Below are positions 38,855 to 51,050 of a stretch of DNA of 64,000 nt, in pieces. Source of the stretch: Mustelus asterias. Lineage: Eukaryota. Position numbers and translations under genes: made by a program. Below the pieces are notes generated by a model that was not told the origin of the DNA, ran no database searches, and saw only the letters and a list, made by a program, of their open reading frames with translations. Location of the stretch: contig NC_135824.1 in the NCBI RefSeq assembly GCF_964213995.1, positions 52,576,001-52,640,000 of the forward strand. The letters run 5' to 3'. Each line of letters starts with the position of its first letter. Position 1 is the stretch's first letter.

Positions 38855-40185
38855 TAGCATGCAGCATGGATTCATGAAGGGAAAGTCGCGCTTGAGGAAT
38901 TTACTGGATTTTTATGAAGATGTGACTAGTGCGATTGACAGAGGGGAACCGGTGGATGTGGTGTTTTTAGATTTCCAGAAGGCATTTGATAAGGTGCCTC
39001 ACGAAAGGTTGCTGCAGAAGATTGGGGTACACAGAGTTGGGGGTAAGCTGTTGGCGTGGATTGGGGATTGGCTATCTAACAGGAAGCAGAGAGTTGGGAT
39101 AAATGGGTGCTTTTCTGGTTGGCAGTTGGTGACCAGTGGCGTGCCGCAGGGATCGGTGCTGGGGCCTCAACTGTTTACGATTTACATAGATGATCTGAAG
39201 GAGGGGACTGAGTGTAGGGTATCAAGGTTTGCTGATGACACGAAGATGAGTGGGAAAGCGAATTGCGTGGAGCATGCGGAAAGTCTGCAGGGAGATTTGG
39301 GTAGGCTGAGCGAGTGGGCGAGGATCTGGCAGATGGAATATAACGTTGGCAAATGTGTGGTTATCCACTTTGGAAGAAATAATAGTAAATTGGAATATTA
39401 TTTAAATGGAGAAAAATTATATCATGCTACTGTGCAGAGGGACCTGGGGGTCCTTGTGCACGAATCACAAAAACTCAGTCTGCAGGTGCAGCAGGCGATC
39501 AAAAAGGCGAATGGAATGTTGGCCTTTATCGCGAGGGGGATAGAATATAAAAGCAGGGAGGTCTTGCTGCAACTAACAACTATACAAGGCACTGGTGAGG
39601 CCGCAACTGGAGTACTGTGTGCAGTTTTGGTCCCCTTACTTGCGAAAGGATATATTGGCCCTGGAGGGAGTGCAGAGAAGGTTCACCAGGTTGATACCGG
39701 AGATGAGGGGTGTAGCTTATGAGGAGAGATTGAACAGATTGGGTCTGTACACGTTGGAGTTTAGAAGGCTGAGGGGTGATCTTATAGAGACATATAAGAT
39801 AATGAAGGTGCTGGATAGGGTAGAGGTAGAGAGATTCTTTCCACTTAGAAAGGAAACCAGAACTAGAGGGCACAGCCTCAAAATAAGTGGGGGCCGGTTC
39901 AGAACAGAGTTGAGGGGAAACTTCTTCTCTCAGAGGGCAGTGAATCTCTGGAATTCTCTGCCTATTGAAGTGGTGAAGGCTTCCTCGTTGAATATGTTTA
40001 AATCACGGGTAGATAGATTTCTGATCGATAAGAGAATTAAGGGGTATGGGGAGCAGGCGGGTAAGTGGAACTGATTCGCGTCAGATCAGCCATGATCTTG
40101 TTGAATGGCGGGACAGGCTCGAGGGGCTAGATGGCCTACTCCTGCTCCTATTTCTTATTTTCTTATGTTCTTATGTTCTTATGTT
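38855..40185 (+). mobile_element. Young 5'-truncated CR1 LINE
   Basis: RT motifs DFQKAFD, GVPQGSVLGP, FADDTK; one frameshift near 39575; TTCTTATG tail repeats. Confidence 0.95.
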
Positions 40186-40370
40186 GAATGAACAGAATTC
40201 AAATTTCCACAGTGGCGAGACTGGTGTCTACCATGATTGTTCCAGGACTCGGGATTAATAAGCACGTTTTGTAAATACAATTTTTAAGCATATCTTCGCA
40301 CGCACACTTGTTCCCTTCGGGGAGTAGTGGGGACTCCGTGGAAGGATCGGGGTGCTGATTGTAAGCCAGT

Positions 40371-40690
40371 TCATAGAACCATTGAATCCTACAGTGCAGA
40401 AGAAGGCCACTCGGCGCATCGAGCCGAATCCCACTCAGACCCCATCCCCGTAACCCCATGCAATTACCCGAGATAGTTCCCCTGACACTAAAGGGCAATT
40501 TTGCATGGCCAATCCACCTAATCCGCACATCTTTGAACTGTGGGAGGAAACCGGAGCACCCGGAAGAAACACACCCAGACATAGGGAGAATGTGAAGATT
40601 CCACACAGATAGTGACCCGAGGCCGGAATTGAACGTAGGTCCCTGGCGCTGTGAGGCAGCAGTGCTAACCAGTGTGCCACGGTGCTGCCC
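40371..40690 (-). mobile_element. V-SINE (HE1-like)
   Basis: SINE consensus. Confidence 0.85.
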
Positions 40691-40705
40691 TAAAATGGCA
40701 ATGAG

Positions 40706-43700
40706 CTCCCCATCAGGGCATTGAACCCATCAGTCTCAGGATTGCTGCCTGTGCCACGGGAGGGTGAGGGCAGGAATGGAGTGAGGTGGAGGATGAATGT
40801 GTGGCTGAGGGACTGGTGCAGGGGTCAGCGATTCAGGTTCCTGGACCATTGGGACCTCTTTAGGTAGGTACGACAGGTATGACCTGTACACAAAAAACGG
40901 GTGGCACTTGAATCCCAGGGGGACCAATATCCTGGCGGTAAGGTTGGCTAAGGATACTGGGGAGAGTTTAAACTAGATAGGTTGGGGGGAGAGGATCGAG
41001 ACGAGGTGACTGGGAGCGAGGAAGTTAGCTCGCAAACAGAGAAGGGTTATCGACGGTGCAAGAGGGAAGATGGACGGGGGATAGAGAAGGGGAGAGCTCA
41101 GACCAAAGGATTGAGACGTGTTTACGTTAATGCCAGGAGTATAGTGAATAAAGGGGATGAGCTCAGAGCGTGGATCGATGCCTGGAAGTGTGATGTGGTG
41201 GCCATTACGGAGACTTGGATGTCTCAGGGACAGGACTGGATACTACAGGTGCCGGGATTCAGATGTTTCAGGAAGGACAGGGAGGGAGGCAAGAGAGGGG
41301 GTGGAGTGGCACTGCTGATCCGGAATAGTGTCACAGCTGTAGAGAAGTGTATGCTGTGGAGGGATTGTCTACAGAGTCTCTGTGGGTGGAGGTTCTGAGT
41401 GGGAAGGGGTCGATCACTTTGCTGGGAGTTTTCTATAGGCCGCCCAATAGTGACAGGGAGGTGGAGGAGCAGATAGGGAAACGGATCCTGGAGAGTTGCA
41501 ATAATAGCAGAGTTGTTGGATGGGAGACTTTAATTTCCCAAACATAGATTGGAATATCCCTAGGGTAAGGGGATTGGATGGGGAGGAGTTCGTTAGGTGT
41601 GTTCAGGAGGGTTTCCTGACACAGCATGTGGACAAGCCTACAAGAGGAGAGGCTGTACTTGATCTGATACTGACCAATGAGCCTGGACAGGCGTCAGATC
41701 TCTCAGTGGGAGAGCATCTTGGGGATAGCGATCATAACTCTATCTCCTTTATGCTTGCATTGGAAAAAGAGAGGATCAGGCAAGCTAGGAAAGCGTTTAT
41801 ATGGAGTAAGGGGAAATATGAAGACATAAGGCAGCAAATTAGAGGAGTAAATTGGAAGGAGGTATTCTCGGGGAAATCTACTGAAAAGAGGTGGCAGTTT
41901 TTCAAGGAATGTCTGTCCAGGGTTCTACAGGACAATGTTCTGAGTAGACAGGGAGGAGTTGGTAGGTTAAAGGAACCGTGGTGCACGAAAGCTGTGCGGG
42001 ACCTAGTCGAGAAGAAAAGGAAAGTGTACAAAAGGTTCAGAGAGCTTGGCGAAGATAGGGATCTAGATGAGTATACGACTTGTAGGAAGGGACTAAAGAA
42101 GGAAATTAGGAGAGCCAGAAGGCGTCACGAAAAGGCCTTGCCAAGTAGAATTAAGGAAAACCCTAAGGCGTTCTATAAATATGTGAAAAGTAAAAGGATG
42201 AGACGTGAAGGAATAGGGCCTATAAAAGGTGAAGGCGGAAAAATCTGTACGGAACCAGTAGAAATGGCAGAGATGCTTAATGAGCATTTTGCCTCGGTTT
42301 TCACAGAGGAGAAGGACATGGGTGGATGTACTGTGGGCTCGCGGTGGACTGAAAAGATTGAGTATGTGGACTTTAACAAAGAGGTTGTGCTGGAATCTTT
42401 GAATGGCATCAAGATAGATAAGTCACCGGGTCTGGATGGGATGTACCCCAGGTTACTGTGGGAGACAAGGGAAGAGATTGCAAAGCCTCTGGCGATGATC
42501 TTTGCATCGTCGATGGAGACGGGAGAGGTGCCGGAGGATTGGAGGATTGCGGATGTGGTTCCTATTTTCAAGAAGGGAAATAGGGATAGCCCAGGAAATT
42601 ACCGACCGGTGAGTCTAACCTCAGTGGTTGGTAAGCTGATGGGCAAGATCCTGAGGGATAAGATTTATGAACATTTAGAGAGGTTTAGTATGCTCAAGAA
42701 TACTCAGCATGGCTTTGTCAAAGGCAGATCGTGCCTTACGAGCCTGGTGGAGTTCTTTGAAAATGTGACTAAACACATTGACGAAGAGAAAGCGGTAGAT
42801 GTGGTTTATATGGATTTTAGTAAGGTGTTCGATAAGGTCCCCCATACAAGGCTTCTAGAAAATGTGAGAGGGCATGGGATCCAAGGGGCTCCTGCCCTGT
42901 GGATCCAGAACTGGCTTGCCCGAAGGAGGCAGAGAGTGTGTATAGATGGGTCTTTTTCTAATTGGAGGTCAGTCACCAGTGGTGTGCCCCACGGATCTGT
43001 TCTGGGACCCTTGCTGTTTGTCATTTTCATAAATGACCTGGATGAGGAAGTGGAGGGATGGGTTGGCAAGTTTGCCGACGACACGAAGGTTGGTGGGGTT
43101 GTGGATAGTCTGGAGGGATGTCAGAAGTTACAGAGGGACATAGATAGGATGCAAGACTGGGCGGACAAGTGGCAGATGGACTTCAACCCAGATAAATGCG
43201 TAGTGGTCCATTTTGGCAGGTCAAATGGGATGAAGGAGTACAATATAAAGGGAAAGACTCTTAGTACTGTAGAGGATCAGAAGGACCTTGGGGTCCGGGT
43301 CCATAGGACTCTAAAATCGGCCCCGCAGGTGGAGGAGGTGGTTAAGAAGGCGTATGGTGTGCTGGCCTTTATCAATCGAGGGATTGAGTTTCGGTGTCCA
43401 GGGATAATGATGCAGCTATATAAGACCCTCGTCAGACCCCACTTGGAGTACTGTGCTCAGTTCTGGTCGCCTCATTACAGGAAGGATGTGGAAAAGATTG
43501 AAAGGGTGCAGAGGAGATTTACAAGGGTGTTGCCTGGATTGAGTGGCATGCCTTATGAGGATAGGCTGAGGGAGCTCGGTCTTTTCTCCTTGGAGAGACG
43601 TAGGATGAGAGGAGACCTAATAGAGGTATATAAGCTGTTGAGAGGCATAGATCGGGTGGACTCTCAGAGGCTTTTTTCCCAGGGTGGAAATGGCTGCTAC

Positions 43701-44034
43701 GAGAGGACACAGGTTTACGGTGCTGGGGGGTAGGTACAGGGGAAATGTTAGGGGGAAGTTTTTCACACAGAGGGTGGTGGGCGAGTGGAATCGGCTGCCG
43801 TCAGTGGTGGTGGAGGCAAACTCAATAGGGTCTTTTAAAAGACTCCTGGATGAGTACATGGGACTTAATAGGATGGAGGGTTATAGGTAGGCCTAAAAGG
43901 TAGGGATATGTTCGGCACAACTTGTGGGGCCGAAGGGCCTGTTTTGTGCTGTAGTTTCCTATGTTTCTATGTTTCTATGAACCCATGTCTAGCCGCGTGA
44001 CAGGCGGGGATACTAACCACTATAGTGACGAGGA
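40706..44034 (-). pseudogene. tRNA-Asp(GTC) pseudogene split by a CR1 insertion (parts 44034-43978 and 40721-40706)
   Basis: Minus strand reads TCCTCGTCACTATAGTGGTTAGTATCCCCGCCTGTCACGCGGCTAGACATGGGTTCA|ATGCCCTGATGGGGAG, matching vertebrate tRNA-Asp; TGAACCCAT is duplicated at both CR1 ends. Confidence 0.88.
40731..43977 (+). mobile_element. Near-complete CR1 LINE: ORF1 C-terminus (esterase-like) plus ORF2 APE endonuclease and RT with about 3 frameshifts
   Basis: FRFLDHWD..HLNPRGTNILA; YVNARS, ITETW, GDFN, SDHN; 737-aa RT ORF 41520-43733; TTTCTATG tail; TSD TGAACCCAT. Confidence 0.95.
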
Positions 44035-44179
44035 AGTCTAAGTTGAACAGCATTGGGTACGTCCCTTCAGTGGTCAACGGGTCCTGATGTTGAAATCGAA
44101 CCCGAAGCTTCGTGCACCGTGATATTTTCTAGTCCGACAATTCCTGTGTGCTTAACAGTTTTTAAAGGACGTTTTGTAC

Positions 44180-46625
44180 ATGAGATCACAAGCACTAAAA
44201 GCGTCCAGATGATTGTGTTGCCTGCCCGATGCCAGAGATCGGGATATTTGCTCAGGGCTGGGGAGGAACTTGTACTGGGAGGGGAAGGATCCAGTGGTCG
44301 TGGTCTATGTACGTACCAACAACATAGGTAGGACGAGGAAAGAGGTTCTGCATAGTCAGTATGTGGAGCGAGGCACCAATTTAAGAAGCAGATCCTCAAA
44401 GATTATAATTTCTTGATTATTACCTGAGCTACGAACAGATTGGCATAGGGCAAATAAGATTAGATAACTGCTTACGTGGCTGAGCCTGGTATGGGAGAAG
44501 TGGTTTCCTGTTCATGGGGCACTGGCACCTGTAATGAGGAAAGTGGGATCTGTGCCGTTGAGAGGACTACACATTAAGCGTGCTGGGGCTGATGTTGTAG
44601 TGAGTAGCACCACTCGCAGAGAAGTAGAGAGTAGAAGTAGAGAGAGTTTTAAAGTGAACAAGGAGGACAAGGGATCAAATTTAGGAAGACGTGGTATATC
44701 AAAGAGTGAAACCAAGGTAAGAGAGAGAGGTGCTCATATAGGAAGTTATAAACGGGTCATGGCAGGAAAGGACAGATCGTAGAAGTTTAAGAGTAACTCA
44801 GTAGGCTCTGCATATGATTGCATTGAGCAAACTGCTCGGTCTATAGTCTGCCAAATCCCCTGGTCTGGATGGTCTTCACCTTAAGGTCTTGAAAGAAGTT
44901 GTGACTGAGATGGCTGATACATTGGTTTTAATTTTCCAAAATTCCCTAGATTCGGAGCAGGTTCAATTAGAATGGAAGAAAGCGAATGTAACTCTCTTAT
45001 TCAAAAAGGGAGGGAGAAAGAAATCATAAAGCTATAGAGTTTACGGTTTATTTATCAGTGTCACGAGTAGGCTTACATTAATACTGCAATGAAGTTACTG
45101 TGAAAATCCCCTAGTCGCCACATTCCGGCGCCTGCTCGGGTACACTGAGGGAGAATTTAGCATGGCCAATGCACATTGCAGCAAATCGTTCGGACTGCGG
45201 GAGGAACAGGAGCACCCGGAGGAAACCCACGCAGACACGGGCAGAACATGTAAATTCTGCACAGACAGTGGCCCAAGCCCGGGAATCGAACCCAGGTTCC
45301 AGGAGCTGTGAGGCAGTAGTGCTAACCACTGTGCCACCGTGCCACCCACAGACGAGTTGGCCTAATGTCTGTCAGAGGGAAAATGTTAGAAGCCGTTCTT
45401 AAATTTGTTATGGCAAGGCATTTGGACGCCATCATTTAATCAGGCAGAGTCTGTATGTTTTTGTGAAAGGGAAATGATGTTTTAACAATTAATTGGAGTT
45501 CTTTGAAGCACCCACGTGTGCTGTGGAAAAAGTGTAACCGCGTGGAGGTACTACATTTAGATAAAGTGCCTTATCAATTGCCTAAAATAAAAGCAAATGG
45601 TGCAGGCGGTAACATTTTGGCATGGATTTATTATTGGCTACCTAACAAGAAACAGAGTGTTGGCATAATTTTTTATGGTTGGCAGGATGAGGAGTGGTGT
45701 GTCTCAGGGGTCAGTGCTTTGGTCGCAATTTTTTACAATTGATATAAATGACTTTGATAAAGAGACCAATGGTATGGTTGCTAAATTTGCCAATGACGCA
45801 AAGATAGGTAGGAAAGTAAATTGTGAAGAGGACGTAAAGATGCTACAAAGGGAGATAGATACGTTAAGTGAATGGGCAATGGTAACATTTTGTCTAAATG
45901 GTGAGAGATTGCAGAGTTCTGAGGTGCAGATAGATCCTGGTGTCCACGTGCATGAATCACAAAAGGTTAGCATACAGGTACAGCAAGTGATTAGGAAAGC
46001 TAAAAGGATGCTATCAGTTATTGTGAGGGGAATTGATCACAAAGTGGGGAGATTAGTTGTACAAGGCACTGATCAGAGCATATCTGGAGCATTGGGTACA
46101 GCATTGGTCTCCTTCTGTAAGGAAATATGTAAATACGTTAGAAGCAGTTCAGGGCAAGATTAAGAGACTAACACCAGGAATGGCTGTGTTGGCTTACGGG
46201 GAAAATTTGGCGAGGTTAGATTTGCAGCAACTGGCGTTCAGAAGAGTAAGAAGTGACTTGATCGAAACCTTTAAAACCCTGACGCGTTTTGACAGAGTGG
46301 GTGTGGGGAGGGTGTTTCATCTTGTGGGAGAATCTGGAACTGGTGTCACTATGGTCGCTCATTTAAGACAGGAGGAGAATATCTTTCACTTAGGGGGTCA
46401 AGAGTCTCTGGAACTCGCTTCCTCAAAAGGCAGTGGAAGCAGAGTCTTTGAATATTTTAATGCCGAATTGTATAGATCCTTGATTAACAAGAGGGTGAAT
46501 GGTTATCCGTGCAGGTAAGAATGTGGAATTGAAATTACAATCAGATCACCCATGATCTTGTTGAATGGTGGAGCAGGCTCGAGGGCCGTATGGCCTACTC
46601 CTGCACTTAATTTGTACGTATGTTG
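44180..46625 (+). mobile_element. Degenerate CR1 LINE (ORF1 esterase piece and RT) interrupted by a SINE at about 45045-45347
   Basis: PVVVVYVRTNNIG; GVSQGSVL..FANDAK; CR1 tail at about 46540-46610. Confidence 0.85.
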
Positions 46626-47749
46626 CGCAGTTGACAAGGCACCCAGACTGTATGAGATGCTTCCAAGGATGCTGAGGAAACTTTACACTCGAAATTTCAG
46701 AGATACTGGCCATATTCTTTCAGTCCTCTTTAGACTCAAAGATGGCGCCAGAGGACAGGAAATATCTACCCAACATGCGGTGAAAATATGCAAGGCACTA
46801 TCATATGGATTTGGTTGTGTTGAATAACACATGGCTTTAAGTGGTTCTCGTTAACGATAGGACGAGATGAGGAAGAGTGGCAGGGGAAGTGATGTGAGAA
46901 TAATGTACGGTTCTTTCAAGACGTCGGGCCCAGGATCAGCGGGCGGAAATGTCTTGATGCATCCTCGATGACTGCATAATCCGTTAAGTCACGTTAAAGT
47001 GCTTCCGGGCTTCAAAACAGAGATAGTTTAATTTCCTGTCTGGGAGCCGAGTTTTAAAGGGCTAAATTATACATTACGCTGAATTTTTGGATGCTTTGCA
47101 AATTCTTCAAAGGACACAGAGTCTGCGAGAGAAATTGGTTAACGGTTTTCAACAAATGTTTCAACGGCTGTCAGGTGTCAGGTGTGCCGCGAGATTGGTA
47201 TCTGAATAGATGAAGCCATTTTGCACTCTGAATCATCCTTGACATGTTTAAGGTTTTAAGTTCATGTTGAAGGTGGGGTGGGGGTGGGGGGGGGGGGGCG
47301 GGAGTGGGGGGGGGGGGGGGCGGGAGTGGAGGTGGTTCTTCTCTTACAGCTGCGAAAATAAGGAGAAATTTGAAATGGATTTCGGAAATCATGAAACGCT
47401 TTGATAACGTAAATAATGAGACCGTGCAGAAGCTGACATGATCGTCGTTAAGCATGGAGCACTGACTTAAGATAAATGGGAAAAAAGACAAGAGAAAGGA
47501 AGCATGGGAATATCGGAGTAGAAATAGGCAATTTGGCTCCTCGAGCCCATTTTGCCATTCAACTAGTTAATTTTTCCCGCACTATATCCATATGGCATGA
47601 TCAGTCGAGGTATAGATGAGTAGTGAAACCTTCTCCACAGCCAATTGCTTCATCTGGAATAGCATTGCCTGGAAGGACATGACAGCAAATTAGTCCGTAG
47701 TTTTTAAAATGCAATTGGAAAATTTATTTGTATTATTTGCAACGGGTCA

Positions 47750-48050
47750 GGGCGGAACCGCTGCACACTGGTTAGCACTGCTGCCTCACAGCACCAGGGA
47801 CCTGGGTTCGATTTTTGGCTTTGGTCACTGCCTTTGCTGAGTGTACATGTTCTCCTCGGGTCCGCGTGGGTCTCCTCCGGTTGTTCCGGTTTCCTCCCGA
47901 GTCCGAAAGACGTGTTGGTTAGTGCATTGGCCGTGCTAAATTCTCCCTCAGTGTATCCGAATAGGTGCCCGAGTGTGGCGACTCGGGGATTTTCACAGTA
48001 ACTTCACTGCAGTGTTAATGGAAGCCTACTAGTGAAACTAATAAATAAAA
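47750..48050 (+). mobile_element. V-SINE, alternative tail
   Basis: SINE consensus. Confidence 0.8.
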
Positions 48051-48323
48051 CAATAAAGAATATGAATTCATCATTAAGCTCTGTGAAAAGGAAAAATCTG
48101 GCACTATGGACTGAATGCTCTTCTTCTGAGTTGTATCAGTTTATAATTGTTATATAATCAGTACATGACTTGTCTCATAAAGTGCACAGATATCCTAACA
48201 GAATGGGTATCGCCAAAAGTGATGAGTATTTCTAATAATGAACAATACATTACAGGTCGTAAGACAGAGGAACAGAGTGACATAGAGAAAGACATAATCT
48301 CATGTGAAAGAAAGCGAAACAGT

Positions 48324-48645
48324 CATAGAATCATCGTATCCTACAGTGCAGAAGGGGGCCATCCGGCCCATCGAGTCTGCATCGACCACATACCCACCCA
48401 GGCCCTATTCCCACAACCCTATGCATTTACCCGAGCTAGTCCCCCTAACACTAAGGGGCAATTTAGCATGGCCAATCCATCTAACCCGCACATCTTTGTG
48501 AGGAAACCGGAGCACCCGGAGGAAACCCACGCAGACACGAGGAGAATGTGCAATCTCCGCAAAGACAGTGGCCCAAACCGGGAATCAAACCCGGGTTCCT
48601 GGCGCTGTGAGGCAGCAGTGCCAACCACTGTGCTACCTTGCCACC
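48324..48645 (-). mobile_element. V-SINE (HE1-like)
   Basis: SINE consensus. Confidence 0.85.
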
Positions 48646-48739
48646 ATCAACATTAATGAAATCAGTAAAGAGAATTTATGTTATTTCTTTAAATGTTGGA
48701 ATGTAATGAACAGCGTTTAGGTTATAGATCGATAACAGC

Positions 48740-48845
48740 TGTAGATAGATAACAGCGATAGAGAGATGGATGGATGGACGGGCGGGCGGACGGACGGACA
48801 GAAGGAAGGATAGATGGATGGATATATAGATAGATAAATAGATGG
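48740..48845 (+). repeat. GATA/GATG/GACG microsatellite running into the assembly gap
   Basis: Direct reading. Confidence 0.85.
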
Positions 48846-49054
48846 NNNNNNNNNNNNNNNNNNNNNNNNNNNNNNNNNNNNNNNNNNNNNNNNNNNNNNN
48901 NNNNNNNNNNNNNNNNNNNNNNNNNNNNNNNNNNNNNNNNNNNNNNNNNNNNNNNNNNNNNNNNNNNNNNNNNNNNNNNNNNNNNNNNNNNNNNNNNNNN
49001 NNNNNNNNNNNNNNNNNNNNNNNNNNNNNNNNNNNNNNNNNNNNNNNNNNNNNN
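48846..49054. other. Assembly gap
   Basis: N run. Confidence 1.
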
Positions 49055-49112
49055 ACAGACGGACAGCGAAAAAGATAAATGTATCTCCCATTTGGTTCTA
49101 GGATTTATTTTG

Positions 49113-49151
49113 GGTTTTTGCTGAGCTCTTCCATATCTCTGAGTCGCTGTG
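49113..49151 (-). promoter_or_regulatory. 23-RSS of V9
   Basis: CACAGCG + 23 nt + GCAAAAACC on -. Confidence 0.93.
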
Positions 49152-49994
49152 TCACTCCAGGCGCAGTAATACACGGCGGAGTGATTGGCCCACAGACTGG
49201 AGGATTCCAGGTAAAAGTGGGTGTTGCCGTGTTTTCTAGCGGTGAAACCGTCCGCCGCGCCGGAGGTAGTGAGCTTTCCAGCATACCAATAGAAAAGGTT
49301 CTGCGGCTCACGGCCAGGCTGCCATTTATACCAGTAGAAACTGCTGCCAGCATCTGCTTTTGTGCAAATGCATTCGATGCTGATTGGAGTGGCCGGGGAA
49401 CTGGATATGTAAGCTGGAGTCTGTTGGACCAGCACGGCCGCGACATCTGTAAACCAGAGTGAAAAAGCAATGATGTTAACATTGAGGGGATACAAGAACG
49501 GAGAAGTAAAGTGAGAAGGGAGGCGAGAATGAGAGCGGAAGAATAAGCCAGTGATATATAGATAAAGAGTGAAAACCAGGAAAAGAGAGGGGAGAATGAG
49601 GGAAACAAGACAACTTGAGACAGAGAGATAAAACAAAAGGCAATTGATCCGCTATAACTGGGCTAGAGTGATATAAGGAGAGAGAGGAAACACACAGGGG
49701 CGCTGAAAGACAAACAGACGAAGGAAGAGATAAACTAAAGAAGGAAACGAGGCAGACAGGTCGTAAGAGAGAGGAACAGAGTGACATAGAGAGAAAAACA
49801 AAGGGACAAAGAGATACAGAGTCATCAAACAGAGCGACTCTACACTTTGAAATGGAGTGAACGAACTCGTAAAGCGGATTAAACCCTAATCGGAACACAC
49901 AAGTAATAACAGTGAGCATCACTGATAACTCAGAGGTCAATTTCACCTTACCTGGTAACAGGAGCAACAGAACCCAGAGACGACACCCATACAT
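49152..49994 (-). CDS. TRBV: Inverted TCR V segment (V9, divergent CAWS family); exons 49994-49952 and 49446-49152
   Basis: Leader MYGCRLWVLLLLLP with GTAAGG donor and TTACAG acceptor; VQQTP..IECIC..FYWYKW..HSAVYYCAWS. Confidence 0.9.
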
Positions 49995-50394
49995 CTTTAA
50001 AGTGTGTTTAACTGCACGGGGTGCTGTGAGGGAGAATCTGTCCTCCTTCAAGTTGTTCGGCGTCGAAGTGCAAGGGAACAATTTCTTATTGGTCGTTGGC
50101 TCCTAAATGTCATTTCCGGGGTGTAGCTAATGCGGGTTCTAGATATTTACTTTTCGTTCTTTAACAGCAGATTCTAAGTTATTTTAAACCTGTAACTGTT
50201 AGAGTTAATCTGAATCATTCGCCAACTTCTCAATGAGTGGCGAACTTTAGTCTGAATCCAGTCAGTTGTGAGCCTAACGTTGTTTATCCCCGCTACCGTT
50301 GCAGTCACTTCCGTGTCTGAGTCTATCTGACTGGTTGGACTTTAACCTGGTGTTGTGAGACTTCTTACTCTATCTGACTGCACAGTGGATATGT

Positions 50395-50750
50395 TGCTGG
50401 TGTAGTGATATGGAAGAGTAGGCCATGAGTTTAGCTCCCTGTCCTGGCCGCCGATTGAATCAAATTTGCAATAGAAAGCGGATATCAATATTAGTGTCAA
50501 TGAAACTATCGGATTATGGTAAAACCAGACTGATTCATTGATGTCCGGAAGGCAAGCAAATCTGCCAGCTGCACTCTGCCTTGCCTCCACGTGATTCCGG
50601 ATCAGACCAATGTGGTTGATTAGCTCTCCTCGGGCATGGTCTAGCCAACCATTCAGCTGTCAAGAAAGTGGCTCGCCACTAATTTCTCAACGGCTATCGA
50701 AGATGGACAGTATTTTTTGAACTTGCTACTGACGCCAGCATCCTGTGAAT
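50395..50750 (+). mobile_element. Old second-family SINE
   Basis: Degenerate similarity to 5057-5392. Confidence 0.55.
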
Positions 50751-51050
50751 TTAAAGAAAGTGTTTTGCCTTTTCATTCTCCCCTCCCTTGGATGTATCCG
50801 GAGAGAGCGAAAGACAGACAAAAATTAAGAGAGGGCGAAACAGTGAGGTATCGAGAGAAAGAACGAGAGGGAGATTCACACTGAAACTCGATTCTGATTG
50901 GTTCAAGTGGAGGAGGGGTGTGACTAACATTGCAACGCTGACTTCTGGGCTTCTTGTTCTTTCCAATGATTCAGAAGAGCGGGTTGGTTGGTCCCAACGC
51001 TCATCGATCCTGTTCTTAAACGTTAACTGATCAAGGGGACACTTTTAAAG

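Noticed and set aside
47271-47335. G-run tract giving a polyproline ORF
   Set aside because: Low-complexity sequence with no coding evidence
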